A model generated the notes under the pieces. The model did not search any database and was not told where the DNA came from. It saw only the letters and a program-made list of their open reading frames with translations. Shown here one piece after another: positions 36,651 to 47,200 of a DNA stretch of 64,000 nt; within the stretch, counting starts at the first letter, position 1; every line of letters starts with the position of its first letter. This DNA comes from an uncultured Gammaproteobacteria bacterium (lineage in GTDB: Bacteria > Patescibacteriota > Patescibacteriia > Magasanikbacterales > GWA2-37-8): positions 70,512 to 134,511 of the forward strand of contig CAZEEW010000001.1 in NCBI GenBank assembly GCA_964511375.1. Direction: 5' to 3'. A program made the translations under genes and the position numbers.

Positions 36651-37739
36651 CTATTCTTCAGGAGGTAAGGGTACTTCTTCGTCGGTTGGTTCACCTGGGT
36701 TTCCTTCCTCTTCCTCTGGCGCCTCACCTCGTTCAACCACTTCCCATACCTTATCTCTGATTTCGTTTAATAGTTTTGGGTTATCCTTTAAATATTTTTT
36801 AGCAGTCTCGCGGCCAACACCTAATTTTTCTTCGCGGTAGTTATATGAATTTCCTTTTTTGTCTATTACTTTGTAAGTAACAGCGGTGTCTAATAAATCG
36901 CCCGACAATGAAATACCTTCATTGTACATGATATCAAATTCTGTTGTGCGGAATGGGGGCGCTACTTTGTTCTTTACTACTTTAATTTTTACGCGATTAC
37001 CAATTACTTTGTCACCCTGTTTAATCTGAGCAGCCCGGCGGATTTCAATGCGGATAGACGAATAGAATTTTAAAGCTACACCACCAGTTGTAGTTTCTGG
37101 GTTGCCAAAATATACGCCGATCTTCATACGAGTCTGGTTAATGAAGATCAAGACGGTTTTGGACTTACTAATAATCGCAGTCAGTTTACGGAGAGCCTGA
37201 CTCATGAGGCGAGCCTGTAAACCCATCTGCGCCTCGCCCATTTCTCCTTCAATTTCCGCCTTTGGCACCAGGGCCGCAACGGAGTCCACAACTACAACGT
37301 CAACAGCATTAGAGCGCACCAAAGTTTCTACGATTTCTAATGCCTGTTCACCGGTATCTGGCTGAGAAATTAAAAGTTCGTCAACCTTAATACCAATTTT
37401 ACGTGCATAATCTGGGTCAAAAGCGTGTTCGGCATCGACAAAAGCCGCAATGCCACCACGTTTTTGCACTTCCGCTACAACGTGCTGTGCTAAAGTTGTT
37501 TTACCACTAGCTTCTGGTCCATACACTTCAATAATACGACCACGTGGTACGCCTTTAACGCCAAGTGCTATGTCCAGGGACATGCAGCCAGTAGGTATTG
37601 ATTCTACCTGCATTGAAGCCTTGGCTTCGCCAAAAGTCATAATTGCCCCATCACCAAAGCGGCTCTTGATCTGCTCGATCGCGCTTTCGGCTGCTTTCAG
37701 CTTGTTCTTTACCTCCTCGTTAACTGATCCTTTAGCCAT
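36651..37739 (-). CDS. recA: Recombinase RecA
   Basis: Walker [12 protein letters not shown] and full-length RecA similarity, with an acidic C-terminal tail. Confidence 0.97.
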   Translation of the reverse strand: MAKGSVNEEVKNKLKAAESAIEQIKSRFGDGAIMTFGEAKASMQVESIPTGCMSLDIALGVKGVPRGRIIEVYGPEASGKTTLAQHVVAEVQKRGGIAAFVDAEHAFDPDYARKIGIKVDELLISQPDTGEQALEIVETLVRSNAVDVVVVDSVAALVPKAEIEGEMGEAQMGLQARLMSQALRKLTAIISKSKTVLIFINQTRMKIGVYFGNPETTTGGVALKFYSSIRIEIRRAAQIKQGDKVIGNRVKIKVVKNKVAPPFRTTEFDIMYNEGISLSGDLLDTAVTYKVIDKKGNSYNYREEKLGVGRETAKKYLKDNPKLLNEIRDKVWEVVERGEAPEEEEGNPGEPTDEEVPLPPEE

Positions 37740-37764
37740 ACTAGAATAAAATTAAATACTTTTA

Positions 37765-38469
37765 TTAATTTGGTAATACGCTTATCTTTTCACCAGCGAC
37801 TGCTCCTGGCCTCGCAACGACGTGACGGGTCACAGTAGTGGTTTTGCCGTGCTTCTTTTTTACGGAAACAATAATTGTGTTAACACCGTTTTGTAAATCT
37901 AAATGTGTTTCAAATCTCCCCGCATCATTTACCCGAACCTCCTGTCCGTTAATTGTTAAAGCTGTTTCCTTTTCTGTCTCCCCTTGGATGAACGCAGAAA
38001 GCGTATTCGCGATCATACCTTCTTCTGGCGAGTAAAGAACCAGCTCGGGTGGCTCAATTACCCCTTTAACTTGCCAAGCTAGGTAGCCAAGGAAGATAAA
38101 AATAAAAACCCCAGCGACAACATAACGGAGTGTTAAAGAGAAGAAGTTAAAGCGAGAATTACGAATAGTTTGGTGTGGATGGATAGTTCGGATGTCTTTT
38201 AGACCACCTTCATTCTTAAAATCTCTGGTCAAAGATTTCGGATCAAGCCCAACCGCTTTAGCATAACCTTTAATATATGCTAGTCGGTAGGCAACGGCCT
38301 GAGGTAGACGATGGTACTCACAATCCTCAATCATCAGCAAGTGATTCTTGGCGATTAAAGAATTGCGTGAGATATTATCCAAATCCAAACCAATGCGAAT
38401 TCGAGCTTCTTTTAACTCTTCGCCAACGCGCTTTGTTTTCGCTATCTTTTTGTAGCAAAACATTGTCAT
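37765..38469 (-). CDS. HTH-domain membrane protein (RodZ-like)
   Basis: N-terminal XRE-type HTH, a central TM helix and an extracytoplasmic beta-rich C-terminus. Confidence 0.55.
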   Translation of the reverse strand: MTMFCYKKIAKTKRVGEELKEARIRIGLDLDNISRNSLIAKNHLLMIEDCEYHRLPQAVAYRLAYIKGYAKAVGLDPKSLTRDFKNEGGLKDIRTIHPHQTIRNSRFNFFSLTLRYVVAGVFIFIFLGYLAWQVKGVIEPPELVLYSPEEGMIANTLSAFIQGETEKETALTINGQEVRVNDAGRFETHLDLQNGVNTIIVSVKKKHGKTTTVTRHVVARPGAVAGEKISVLPN

Positions 38470-38472
38470 AAT

Positions 38473-40737
38473 CTACTCTTTAAACACTGTTCCGCCAGCG
38501 TCCATAGTTTGTTCATCCTCGCTCAGCTCTCCTTCTGGTTCTGGCATTAGGTGTTCACTGAAAACTTCTCTAGGTTTAGCGCCATCAGCAGGTCCTACTA
38601 TACCAGCTTCCTCTAATTCGTCAAGCAGTCTGGCCGCCCGGGCATAGCCCACTTTCATGCGGCGTTGTAATAACGAAGCACTGGCTTTGCCAGACTCCAT
38701 AACCACTCGCTTTGCTTCGTCAAAAAGCGGATCTTGGTCGTCACTTCCACCGCCAAACATATTCATCGTTCCGCCAGAAACCCCGCCGCCCTTACTAACA
38801 ATTGATTCGTTGTAATTTGGTTCAGCGTTCCCCTTCAGGAATTCAACAATCCGCTTCATTTCCTCTTCAGAAACATAGGCACCCTGGATACGTTTTGGTT
38901 TGGAGAGTTCAGCTGTTAAGAACAACATGTCGCCTCGTCCTAAAAGTTTCTCTGCACCAGGACAATCTAAGATGGTACGGGAATCGATAAGCGAAGCAAC
39001 CGAGAAAGCAATGCGAGCTGGGATGTTTGCTTTCATAAGACCGGTAATAACTTCCACACTTGGGCGTTGGGTAGCGACAATTAAGTGAATACCAACTGCC
39101 CGGGCCATCTGGGCAATGCGGATGATGCCAGCTTCCACTTCACTGGCAGCCATGGCCATAAGATCAGCGAGCTCATCAATAACGAAAACAATGTAAGGCA
39201 TTTTTTCAGTGGCTGTCTTGTTGTAAGATTGGATGTCGCGTTTTCCTGCTTGAGCGAGAACATCAAAACGGCGTTCCATTTCACCAATTGTCCATTTCAA
39301 AGCATTTACAGTTTTACTTGGGTCAGTGATAACTGGAGTCAAAAGGTGCGGAATGCCGTTATACAAAGTTAATTCGACTCTTTTTGGATCAACCATAATA
39401 AGCCGTAAGGTTTCTGGTGTGTTTTGGTATAGCAAGCTTAACAAAATGGTATTAATACAAACTGTTTTACCAGAACCAGTTGTACCAGCAATGAGTAGAT
39501 GTGGCATTTTAGCTAATTTTCCAAACCAGACTTTGCCAGCTACATCCTTACCTAACGCGATTTGCAAGCTGTCGTCACGTTCTTTAAATTCCGGGGCTTC
39601 TAACAACTCACGCAAAGTAACCATGGCCACTTTTTGGTTGGGGACCTCAATACCAACCAAAGATTGACCAGGAATTGGCGCCTCAATACGAATAGGGTGA
39701 GCAGCCATAGCCAAAGCCAGATCGTTACTTAAAGCTAAGATGCGAGTCAGTTTAATACCTTTGGCTGGCTTTAGTGAATATTGTGTAACAGTCGGACCAA
39801 CACGGACTTCGCCCATGTCTACCTCAATACCAAAGTTTTGCAAGGTATCTTTAATCACCTCGGCATTGCTTTTAATATCACCTGATGATGGTTTGCTTTT
39901 CGAAGTAAAGAGCAGGTTTGTGTCAGGTAAGGCAAAAGAACTGTAATCTGGTAGTGGTAGTTCTTCAATTTCTTCCTTATTAGTTGTTTCCTCGGTTTCT
40001 TCATCTGCTTCAGCCGAATTGCGTTCTAAGGATTTGCGTTCAAAAGCGCGTTTTTCTTCCTCTTCTTCTAGATTAACAGTTTCCCACTCTTCTTCGTTTT
40101 CTTCGCTCGGTGTTTCTTGGTAATCCCCCTTAATTTTGAATTCAACCTTCTTCTCTTTTTTGAATGAACCGAAGAAGTTTAGTAATTGTTGACCAATAAA
40201 ACCCATCATTAAGAAAAATTTCTTGTTTAAAAGCACTAACTGAGCTAAGGAAGTGTTGAAAAGGAAAATGACAGAAACAAGTAAAAGAGCGATAAAAATT
40301 ACTAGACTACCCCAATAACCGAGATAGGTACCAAGCGGCCAAGCCAACGCCAGGCCAAACAAACCACCGCCATAGCCTTGCATGGCTAGGCTAACCATTT
40401 CCTCAACTGGTTTTTGGATATGGACAAGACCATTAAAGCTTAAAAAGAAAAGTAAAGAGCCAAAAAAGTGGGTTGGCCGGTATTCGTAGCTTAAGTCTTT
40501 AATAATTAAACCAGCCACAATGGCTAGAATGATCGGGAAAACGTACCTAACTTGACCAAAGACAATAGCCAGCAAGGAGTCAATAAAGTGGCCAGCAATA
40601 CCAGCCAGATTAAAGAAACTAAGAATGGACAGGCCGGCTATGACGAAGAGGAAAATAGATAAAAGACCCCTGCCAATTTCAGGGTTCAGATTAATTCGCT
40701 CATGCAAAGGTGGCCGTCCGCGACGTGGTCGTGACAT
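38473..40737 (-). CDS. ftsK: DNA translocase FtsK/SpoIIIE
   Basis: N-terminal TM helices, an acidic linker, Walker A GTTGSGKTVCIN and a gamma-domain-like C-terminus. The start is set at 40737 because TGGTATAAT (40757-40765, minus) lies inside the longer ORF. Confidence 0.93.
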   Translation of the reverse strand: MSRPRRGRPPLHERINLNPEIGRGLLSIFLFVIAGLSILSFFNLAGIAGHFIDSLLAIVFGQVRYVFPIILAIVAGLIIKDLSYEYRPTHFFGSLLFFLSFNGLVHIQKPVEEMVSLAMQGYGGGLFGLALAWPLGTYLGYWGSLVIFIALLLVSVIFLFNTSLAQLVLLNKKFFLMMGFIGQQLLNFFGSFKKEKKVEFKIKGDYQETPSEENEEEWETVNLEEEEEKRAFERKSLERNSAEADEETEETTNKEEIEELPLPDYSSFALPDTNLLFTSKSKPSSGDIKSNAEVIKDTLQNFGIEVDMGEVRVGPTVTQYSLKPAKGIKLTRILALSNDLALAMAAHPIRIEAPIPGQSLVGIEVPNQKVAMVTLRELLEAPEFKERDDSLQIALGKDVAGKVWFGKLAKMPHLLIAGTTGSGKTVCINTILLSLLYQNTPETLRLIMVDPKRVELTLYNGIPHLLTPVITDPSKTVNALKWTIGEMERRFDVLAQAGKRDIQSYNKTATEKMPYIVFVIDELADLMAMAASEVEAGIIRIAQMARAVGIHLIVATQRPSVEVITGLMKANIPARIAFSVASLIDSRTILDCPGAEKLLGRGDMLFLTAELSKPKRIQGAYVSEEEMKRIVEFLKGNAEPNYNESIVSKGGGVSGGTMNMFGGGSDDQDPLFDEAKRVVMESGKASASLLQRRMKVGYARAARLLDELEEAGIVGPADGAKPREVFSEHLMPEPEGELSEDEQTMDAGGTVFKE

Positions 40738-40756
40738 AATTATTTTTGTTACGAAT

Positions 40757-40765
40757 ATTATACCA
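40757..40765 (-). promoter_or_regulatory. Extended -10 TGGTATAAT for ftsK
   Basis: Reverse complement of attatacca, about 20 nt upstream of the ATG at 40737. Confidence 0.45.
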
Positions 40766-40853
40766 CAGAGGAGAAAAGCGAACAAATAACGTGGGGCTTG
40801 GTCTTGCTAAAACAAGCGAACTCAGGTATACTGACTGGTCAGGAATATGGAAT

Positions 40854-41318
40854 ATGACACTGCCTTATTACAAACAAGAGACAAATTATACCTGTGGACC
40901 AGCTAGTTTGCGAATGGTCATGGCTTATTTGGGTTATAGCTATGAAGAGTCGGAACTTCGAAAAATGCTAAAGACTACCAAGGTTTGGGGTACTTTGCAC
41001 AAAAATATAGTTAAGGCTGCTGAAAAACATAAACTCAGTTACGTTGTTAAGCGAAATACCAGTATCGAGGAATTAAAAAAGTCGTTGAAAAAGAAAAAGG
41101 TCGCCATTGTCTGTTATATGATTCCGCAAGGTAATATTTATCACTATGCAGTGGTTCGGAAAATCGGTTCTAAATACATTTATCTTCATGACCCTTATCT
41201 CGGGCCAGACTGCAAATATCTAATTGAGGATTTTATAGAAGTTTGGAAAAGTGACCCTAAGCACGAGGGGGATGAAAGATGGTTTTTCGCCATTGAAACA
41301 AAAGGTCATATAAATTAA
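40854..41318 (+). CDS. Papain-like cysteine peptidase, C39-like (stand-alone)
   Basis: QETNYTCGPASLRM (catalytic Cys context) and HYAVV (His). The ATG at 40854 is preferred over 40746, which overlaps ftsK. Confidence 0.65.
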   Translation: MTLPYYKQETNYTCGPASLRMVMAYLGYSYEESELRKMLKTTKVWGTLHKNIVKAAEKHKLSYVVKRNTSIEELKKSLKKKKVAIVCYMIPQGNIYHYAVVRKIGSKYIYLHDPYLGPDCKYLIEDFIEVWKSDPKHEGDERWFFAIETKGHIN

Positions 41319-41350
41319 AACCGCTCTGTAAGCTACACAGGCGGTTTTTT
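41319..41350 (+). terminator. Intrinsic terminator
   Basis: Imperfect hairpin AACCGCTCTGT...ACAGGCGGTT followed by T6. Confidence 0.65.
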
Positions 41351-41413
41351 AGTTGTCTTGACCAGTATACATGTTGAGGCTATTATTAATTAATAAAATA
41401 ATTAAATAAGATT

Positions 41414-41833
41414 ATGCGTATAGGTATAATTGGGTCAATGCAGTTTACGGAAAAGATGTTAGAAGTAAGGGAGGCTTTAGTTGATTTAGGACACGATGCT
41501 TACGTGACAAGTTATGCCGTGGGTTTTGTTGGTAAAACAGACGAAGAAAAAGAAGTTTTAAAAATTGAACAGAAGATGGACAAAAACGAAGATGTAATCA
41601 AGGAATATTGGGACCTGATGCAAGGTGGCGATGTGGTTTTGGTTTTAAATTTGGATAAACACGGTATAAAAAATTACGTGGGAGGAAACACGCTTATGGA
41701 AATAGGGTTTGCGCACGTGCTCGGACAAAAAATATTTATGTGGAATCCTATTCCTGAACAGCCGTACTGTAAACACGAGATCGAGTCGGCTCATCCGACA
41801 ATTATTAATGGCGATTTATCTTTAATAAAATAA
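41414..41833 (+). CDS. Nucleoside 2-deoxyribosyltransferase-like protein
   Basis: N-terminal IGIIGSM and GGNTLMEIGFAHVLGQKIF (GT-x-x-E-x-G-type motif). The assignment is by recalled family pattern. Confidence 0.5.
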   Translation: MRIGIIGSMQFTEKMLEVREALVDLGHDAYVTSYAVGFVGKTDEEKEVLKIEQKMDKNEDVIKEYWDLMQGGDVVLVLNLDKHGIKNYVGGNTLMEIGFAHVLGQKIFMWNPIPEQPYCKHEIESAHPTIINGDLSLIK

Positions 41834-41834
41834 T

Positions 41835-42320
41835 ATGGAGATAATGGATATTGTAGACGGTAAAGACGAAGTCGTGGGTCAAGTAGATAAGGAAGACGTT
41901 TACAAAAAATTATTATGCCATCGTATAGTTCATGTACTAATTTTTAATGATGAGGGAAAAATGGCGCTGCAACTTCGCCACCCTAATCTTTCTTTTGCCC
42001 CAAATCATTGGTCGACCACAGTCGGTGGTCATGTCCAAAGTGGTGAAAGCTATGAAGAAGCGGCGAAACGTGAAATGATGGAAGAGATCGGGATTGAATT
42101 ACCGTTAGAATATTTTTCTAAAGATTTTTACCAAGTACCAGGGAGACCAGATAAATTTTTTGTTAGTTATAAAGCAAAATATGAGGGGCCTTTCCAACTG
42201 GAGGAAGGAGCAGTAGTAAAAGTTGACTATTTCACCATCGATCAAATTAAGAGCATGATTGATCAAGGTGAAAAATTTCATCCTGAACTTTTGTATCTTC
42301 TCAAGAAATACTTTTTGTAA
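41835..42320 (+). CDS. Nudix hydrolase
   Basis: Nudix box GGHVQSGESYEEAAKREMMEEIGI. Confidence 0.8.
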   Translation: MEIMDIVDGKDEVVGQVDKEDVYKKLLCHRIVHVLIFNDEGKMALQLRHPNLSFAPNHWSTTVGGHVQSGESYEEAAKREMMEEIGIELPLEYFSKDFYQVPGRPDKFFVSYKAKYEGPFQLEEGAVVKVDYFTIDQIKSMIDQGEKFHPELLYLLKKYFL

Positions 42321-42324
42321 AAAT

Positions 42325-42352
42325 AAACCCTCGACATAATCGAGGGTTTTTC
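42325..42352 (+). terminator. Intrinsic terminator
   Basis: AAACCCTCGA-cataa-TCGAGGGTTT followed by a T-run. Confidence 0.85.
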
Positions 42353-42630
42353 TTTCCACTAAGCTGCGTAAAGAGTTGCATGTTTTAATCACGAGTCGAA
42401 TCTAAAAAACTTCGACTATAAACAAAATAATGTTTACAGAGGAGAGAGAATTGCTTTTTATAATCCGATCCGGTTGAGACATCAACTCCACCGCAGCTCA
42501 TTGGAAAGAAAGTGAGAATATTGTAAAGTCAAATACACCTAGTGTCAAGTGTGGATAGGTATATAGGTAGGTTGTTGTTGAAAACAGATTAAGGTATACT
42601 ATATTTTGTCTATTATTTAAATTTCGGAAT

Positions 42631-43908
42631 ATGGCTGAAAGAAGTCGGGAAGTAAAAAAATATGACCGTTCGTTTTTTGATGAGCAAATCCTCAAAGCTA
42701 ATGAGGTGAGTCTTTTAGAATTATTAAGACGCGGCAACCCTGAACAAGGAGTTTTCGGTGCAGACATAGAAATGATAGAGAGAGCTATTTATGATAAGGA
42801 ATTTCGTAAAAAATTGGTGGGGCTAAACATAAAAGTAGGTTCTGATTTTGTGCCCTTATCAACCGCCAGTCGAGAGCAATTAAAAGAAGCAAAGCTTGCT
42901 CGAGTGGGGCTTTTACTAAATAAATTAGTAGAAATTGATTTAGAGAATTTGGTTTTTTTACCACCAGAAGAGCAACAGTTTTTGATCGGCTTAAAACAGA
43001 GAGCGATAAAAGGAGAAAAAATTTTGGTGAGAGAAATTATGGATTTTTTTCAAATGCACCAGCTTAATCACGAAAAAATGTCTGAAACCCAGCAACAAAG
43101 AATAGAAAAACATGCCGAGGTATTTAGTTCGCTAAGCCAAAAATTTTTGGAGCACATTGGAATGGATAGTGAAAGAGCTGCAGAAATTGTTAGTAGACTG
43201 AAAAGAGTAAGGCTGCAAGTTAAAGATCGATTAAGCTTGTTGGCTTATACACCACCAGGGAGAAAATTAGAAGAGGCCATGAATGTGGGCGGAAATTTCG
43301 ATCCTGTCCTACAAATAATATCTATTTTTCCACCCAAGTACTCGGGTTCGAGAGAGGATGCTTACGTTGGGATGGCTGTGCCTCATGAATTTTTTCACAG
43401 CGCTTCTGGTATAGCTATTAAAGAAGGACCGCTCACTTCTAGCGAAGATGGCATTAGAATCATGAAAGCTGGGATGGGTTTTGCGCTTGGCAACGGCAGA
43501 ATGTTATCGGGGCTTAATGAAGGATATACACAAATTTTAACCAAAAAATATCTGGAGTTTTTGCAAATTGAAAGACCGGAAAGCTTGACGGCAGAAGACG
43601 TTCAAGCTTCTGCCCGGATCGCTGATGATGTTTATCCAGAGGAAGCTAAATTGGTAAGAAAAATTATTGAGGCTTTAGATTTAAGAGACCCTAGTTGTGG
43701 CGCTTTTGAATTGTTTCGCAACGCTTATTTTGAAGATCTACAGACTTCTGCATCTAAGTCTGGATTTCCTGCTACTCAAGAATTAAATCGTACTTTGTAT
43801 AAGTTTTTTGGGAGGGGCTTCTTGCTCGCGATTGAAAAAATGCTCCGGAAAGGGGATATTTCCCGAGCATTGGATTTTATAGAAAGCAAATCTTCTGGAG
43901 CTGTCTAG
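42631..43908 (+). CDS. Hypothetical protein with HExxH motif
   Basis: 425-aa ORF containing VPHEFFHSASG. No family recognised. Confidence 0.6.
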   Translation: MAERSREVKKYDRSFFDEQILKANEVSLLELLRRGNPEQGVFGADIEMIERAIYDKEFRKKLVGLNIKVGSDFVPLSTASREQLKEAKLARVGLLLNKLVEIDLENLVFLPPEEQQFLIGLKQRAIKGEKILVREIMDFFQMHQLNHEKMSETQQQRIEKHAEVFSSLSQKFLEHIGMDSERAAEIVSRLKRVRLQVKDRLSLLAYTPPGRKLEEAMNVGGNFDPVLQIISIFPPKYSGSREDAYVGMAVPHEFFHSASGIAIKEGPLTSSEDGIRIMKAGMGFALGNGRMLSGLNEGYTQILTKKYLEFLQIERPESLTAEDVQASARIADDVYPEEAKLVRKIIEALDLRDPSCGAFELFRNAYFEDLQTSASKSGFPATQELNRTLYKFFGRGFLLAIEKMLRKGDISRALDFIESKSSGAV

Positions 43909-43958
43909 TTTGATTAAATGAGAATTTTTGTTCCAGTCACTTATCCACTGTTTTCAGG

Positions 43959-43987
43959 TTGACAAATCACTTGACTTTTTGTATTAT
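43959..43987 (+). promoter_or_regulatory. Sigma70-type promoter TTGACA-N17-TATTAT upstream of rpoB
   Basis: Spacing counted by hand. Implies a leader of about 260 nt before the rpoB ATG. Confidence 0.5.
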
Positions 43988-44252
43988 TCTAGTACTTTGA
44001 AAACCATAGGCGTAAACAACCATTTTTTGGCTAAATATAGCTAAAAGTTCGGTTGCGTCCAACCTCGCTTAGCGCAAGGTTTTACAAACATCGAGAATAA
44101 ATAGATGCGTACCTTGCTTTTTTTGGCTCAACTGTAAGAAAAATTGATTAAGCCCAATGCACCAGCGGCCTTTTTTGGTTTGTGGCTTTTGCCTGCTTTT
44201 TTAACAAAAAATAACCTTTTTTAAACTAAAATAACTTTAAAACGCTAAGCTT

Positions 44253-47200
44253 ATGTCCATCTACAAGCACAAGCCAGTTTCTTCTGCCCCTCGTCGTTTC
44301 TTCAACGGCCGAGAGGGTGTTATGCCGTTACCAGACCTAATTGAGCTCCAAAAGGACTCCTATGGTTGGTTTTTAAAGTTCGGTGTTAAAGAGCTTTTTG
44401 AAGAGGTTTCCCCAATCACAGACTTTACCGGTCGGGACCTTGAGTTATATCTCGAAGATTATTATTTAGATGAGCCTCGTTTTGATGAGGTGGTCTGTCG
44501 TACTCGTAACATCACTTTCGAAGCCCCGCTTCGTATTACTGCTCGCTTGGTAAACAAAAGGACTGGTCAGTCTAAGTCACAAGAAATTTATTTGGGTGAA
44601 ATCCCGGTCATGACTAACCGTGGTACTTTCATTGTTAATGGTATTGAACGTGTCGTAGTTTCTCAGCTGATTCGTAGCGCCGGTGCTTTCTTTACGGCGG
44701 AAAATGTTCGTGGTCGTCGATTCTATGGCGCGAAGATCATCCCAAACCGCGGTGCTTGGATCGAAGTGGAAACTGACATGAACAATGTGCTTTGGGTAAA
44801 AGTAGATCGCAAACGTAAAGTTGCCGCCACTTCTATTCTCCGGGCTTTTGGCTATGAGAACGATGACGAGATTAAGAAATTGTTCGAGGATGTTAATACT
44901 AACCCACACATCGATTACGTCGATGCCACGATTAAGAAAGATTTAGCCAAGAACCGCGATGAAGGTTTAATTGAAGTTTACAAAAGAATTCGTCCTGGTG
45001 ATTTAGCCACTGCTGACAACGCTAAGAGTTTAATCGAAGCCATGTTCTTTAACTTCGAGCGCTATGATCTTGGTCGCGTTGGTGTTTACAAATTCAATAC
45101 CAAGTTTGATCTCGGTTATACCGAAGGAGATTTTGATCAAAAAGATAATCGTGTTTTAAGTCCAGAAAAATTATTACTAGTTTTAAAAGAAGTTGTTCGC
45201 TTAAACGTTACTCAAGAAGAACCAGATGATGTTGATCACTTAGGTAACCGCCGTGTTCGATCAGTTGGTGAATTAGTACAAAACAGATTTCGTATCGGTT
45301 TAGCTAGAATGGAACGTATCATCAAAGATCGCATGAGTACTTATGATGTTGAGCAACTAAGTCCAAATAAACTTATCAACGCTCGTCCAGTGACTTCAGC
45401 CATCCGTGAATTTTTCATGAGTTCACAGTTGTCTCAGTTCATGGACCAAACCAATCCATTGTCTGAACTTGAGCATAAACGTCGTTTGTCCGCTCTTGGT
45501 CCAGGTGGTTTGTCTCGTGATCGCGCTGGCTTCGAAGTTCGTGACGTGCACACTACTCATTATGGTCGTATCTGTCCGATTGCTACTCCGGAAGGTCCAA
45601 ACATTGGTTTGGTTAACCATCTTTCAAGTTACGCTCGTATTAACGAATTTGGTTTTATTGAAACACCATACCGCAAAGTTTTACGTGAAGTAGAAAACGA
45701 TCCGAAACTTCTAGTGGGAGAAATTTTACGTGGTGATATTGAGGGTCTCAAAGATGGTACCAAGATTACTGAAGACGTTGCTAAAAAATTAGCAAAATCC
45801 AGTTTAAAACGTATTCCAGTAAAACCACGTTTAACAAATGAAATTGTTTATTTAAATTCCTTTAAGGAGGAGAAGGTCGTAACTGCCGCCGCCTCGACAA
45901 AAGTTGATGCTGACGGTTATTTTGTTGACGAAATGATTGCGGCTCGTGTTAACGGTAAGGCTGGTGTTGGCAGAAGTGAAGATGTTGAATATATTGACGT
46001 TGCCCCACACCAGATTGTGAGTATCGCAACAGCTTGTATTCCTTTCCTTGAACATGATGATGCGACTCGTGCTCTCATGGGTACAAACATGCAACGTCAG
46101 GCTGTTCCCTGTATTAATCCAGAACCACCATTGGTTGGTACTGGTGTTGAACGTGAAGCGGCTTTGTATACTGGCCACATTGTTGTCGCAGATGCTGATG
46201 GCGATATCACAGAAATGGATGGTAGTAAGATTGTCTTGACTACCAAGAAAGGTGAAAAGTTTACTTACAATTTAAATAAATTCGTTCGCTCTAACTCTTC
46301 AACCTGTATCAACCAACATCCTTGTGTGAATGTAGGTGACAAGGTGAAGAAGGGCGATGTTTTATCCGATGGTCCATCTGTCCGCGATGGTGAAATGGCT
46401 CTCGGAAGAAATGTTTTGGTTGGTTACATGGTCTGGGATGGTTTTAACTACGAAGACGCGGTTATCATTTCTGAACGCGTTGTGCAAAAAGATGCTTACA
46501 CTTCAATCCACATTGAAGACTACACCATTGATGTTCGTGAAACCAAACTTGGTCCAGAAGTTGTGACTTCTGACATTCCAAATGTTAGTGAAGAAAAATT
46601 AAAGAACCTAGATAGTGAAGGTATTGTACGTATTGGTGCAGAAGTAAAATCTGGCGATATCTTAGTTGGTAAGATTACACCAAAGGGTGAAACTGAACTA
46701 AGCGCGGAAGAAAGATTGCTTCGTGCCATCTTCGGTGAGAAAGCTCGTGACGTTCGTGACTCTTCTTTGTATCTTGAACATGGTGAGCATGGTAAAGTGA
46801 TTGGTATCCAAATCTTCTCTGCTGAAGCTGGTGACAAACTTGAACCAGGTGTTATTAAACAAGTTCAGGTTACAGTGGCTGACATGAGAAAAGTACAGGT
46901 TGGTGATAAAATGTCTGGTCGCCATGGTAACAAAGGTGTGATCTCCAAAGTCGTTCCGGTCGCTGACATGCCATTTATGGAAGATGGTACTCCATTAGAT
47001 ATTATTTTGTCCCCGCTTGGTGTTATCTCACGTATGAACTTGGGTCAGTTACTTGAAAACCACCTAGGTTTGGCGGCTAATGCTTTAGGCTACAAGGTTG
47101 CTACTCCAGTATTAGACGGCATGACCGAAGAACAAATTAAAGCCGAATTAAAGAAAGCTGGCTTGCCAGAAGGTGGCCAGGTTACTTTGTGTGATGGCCG

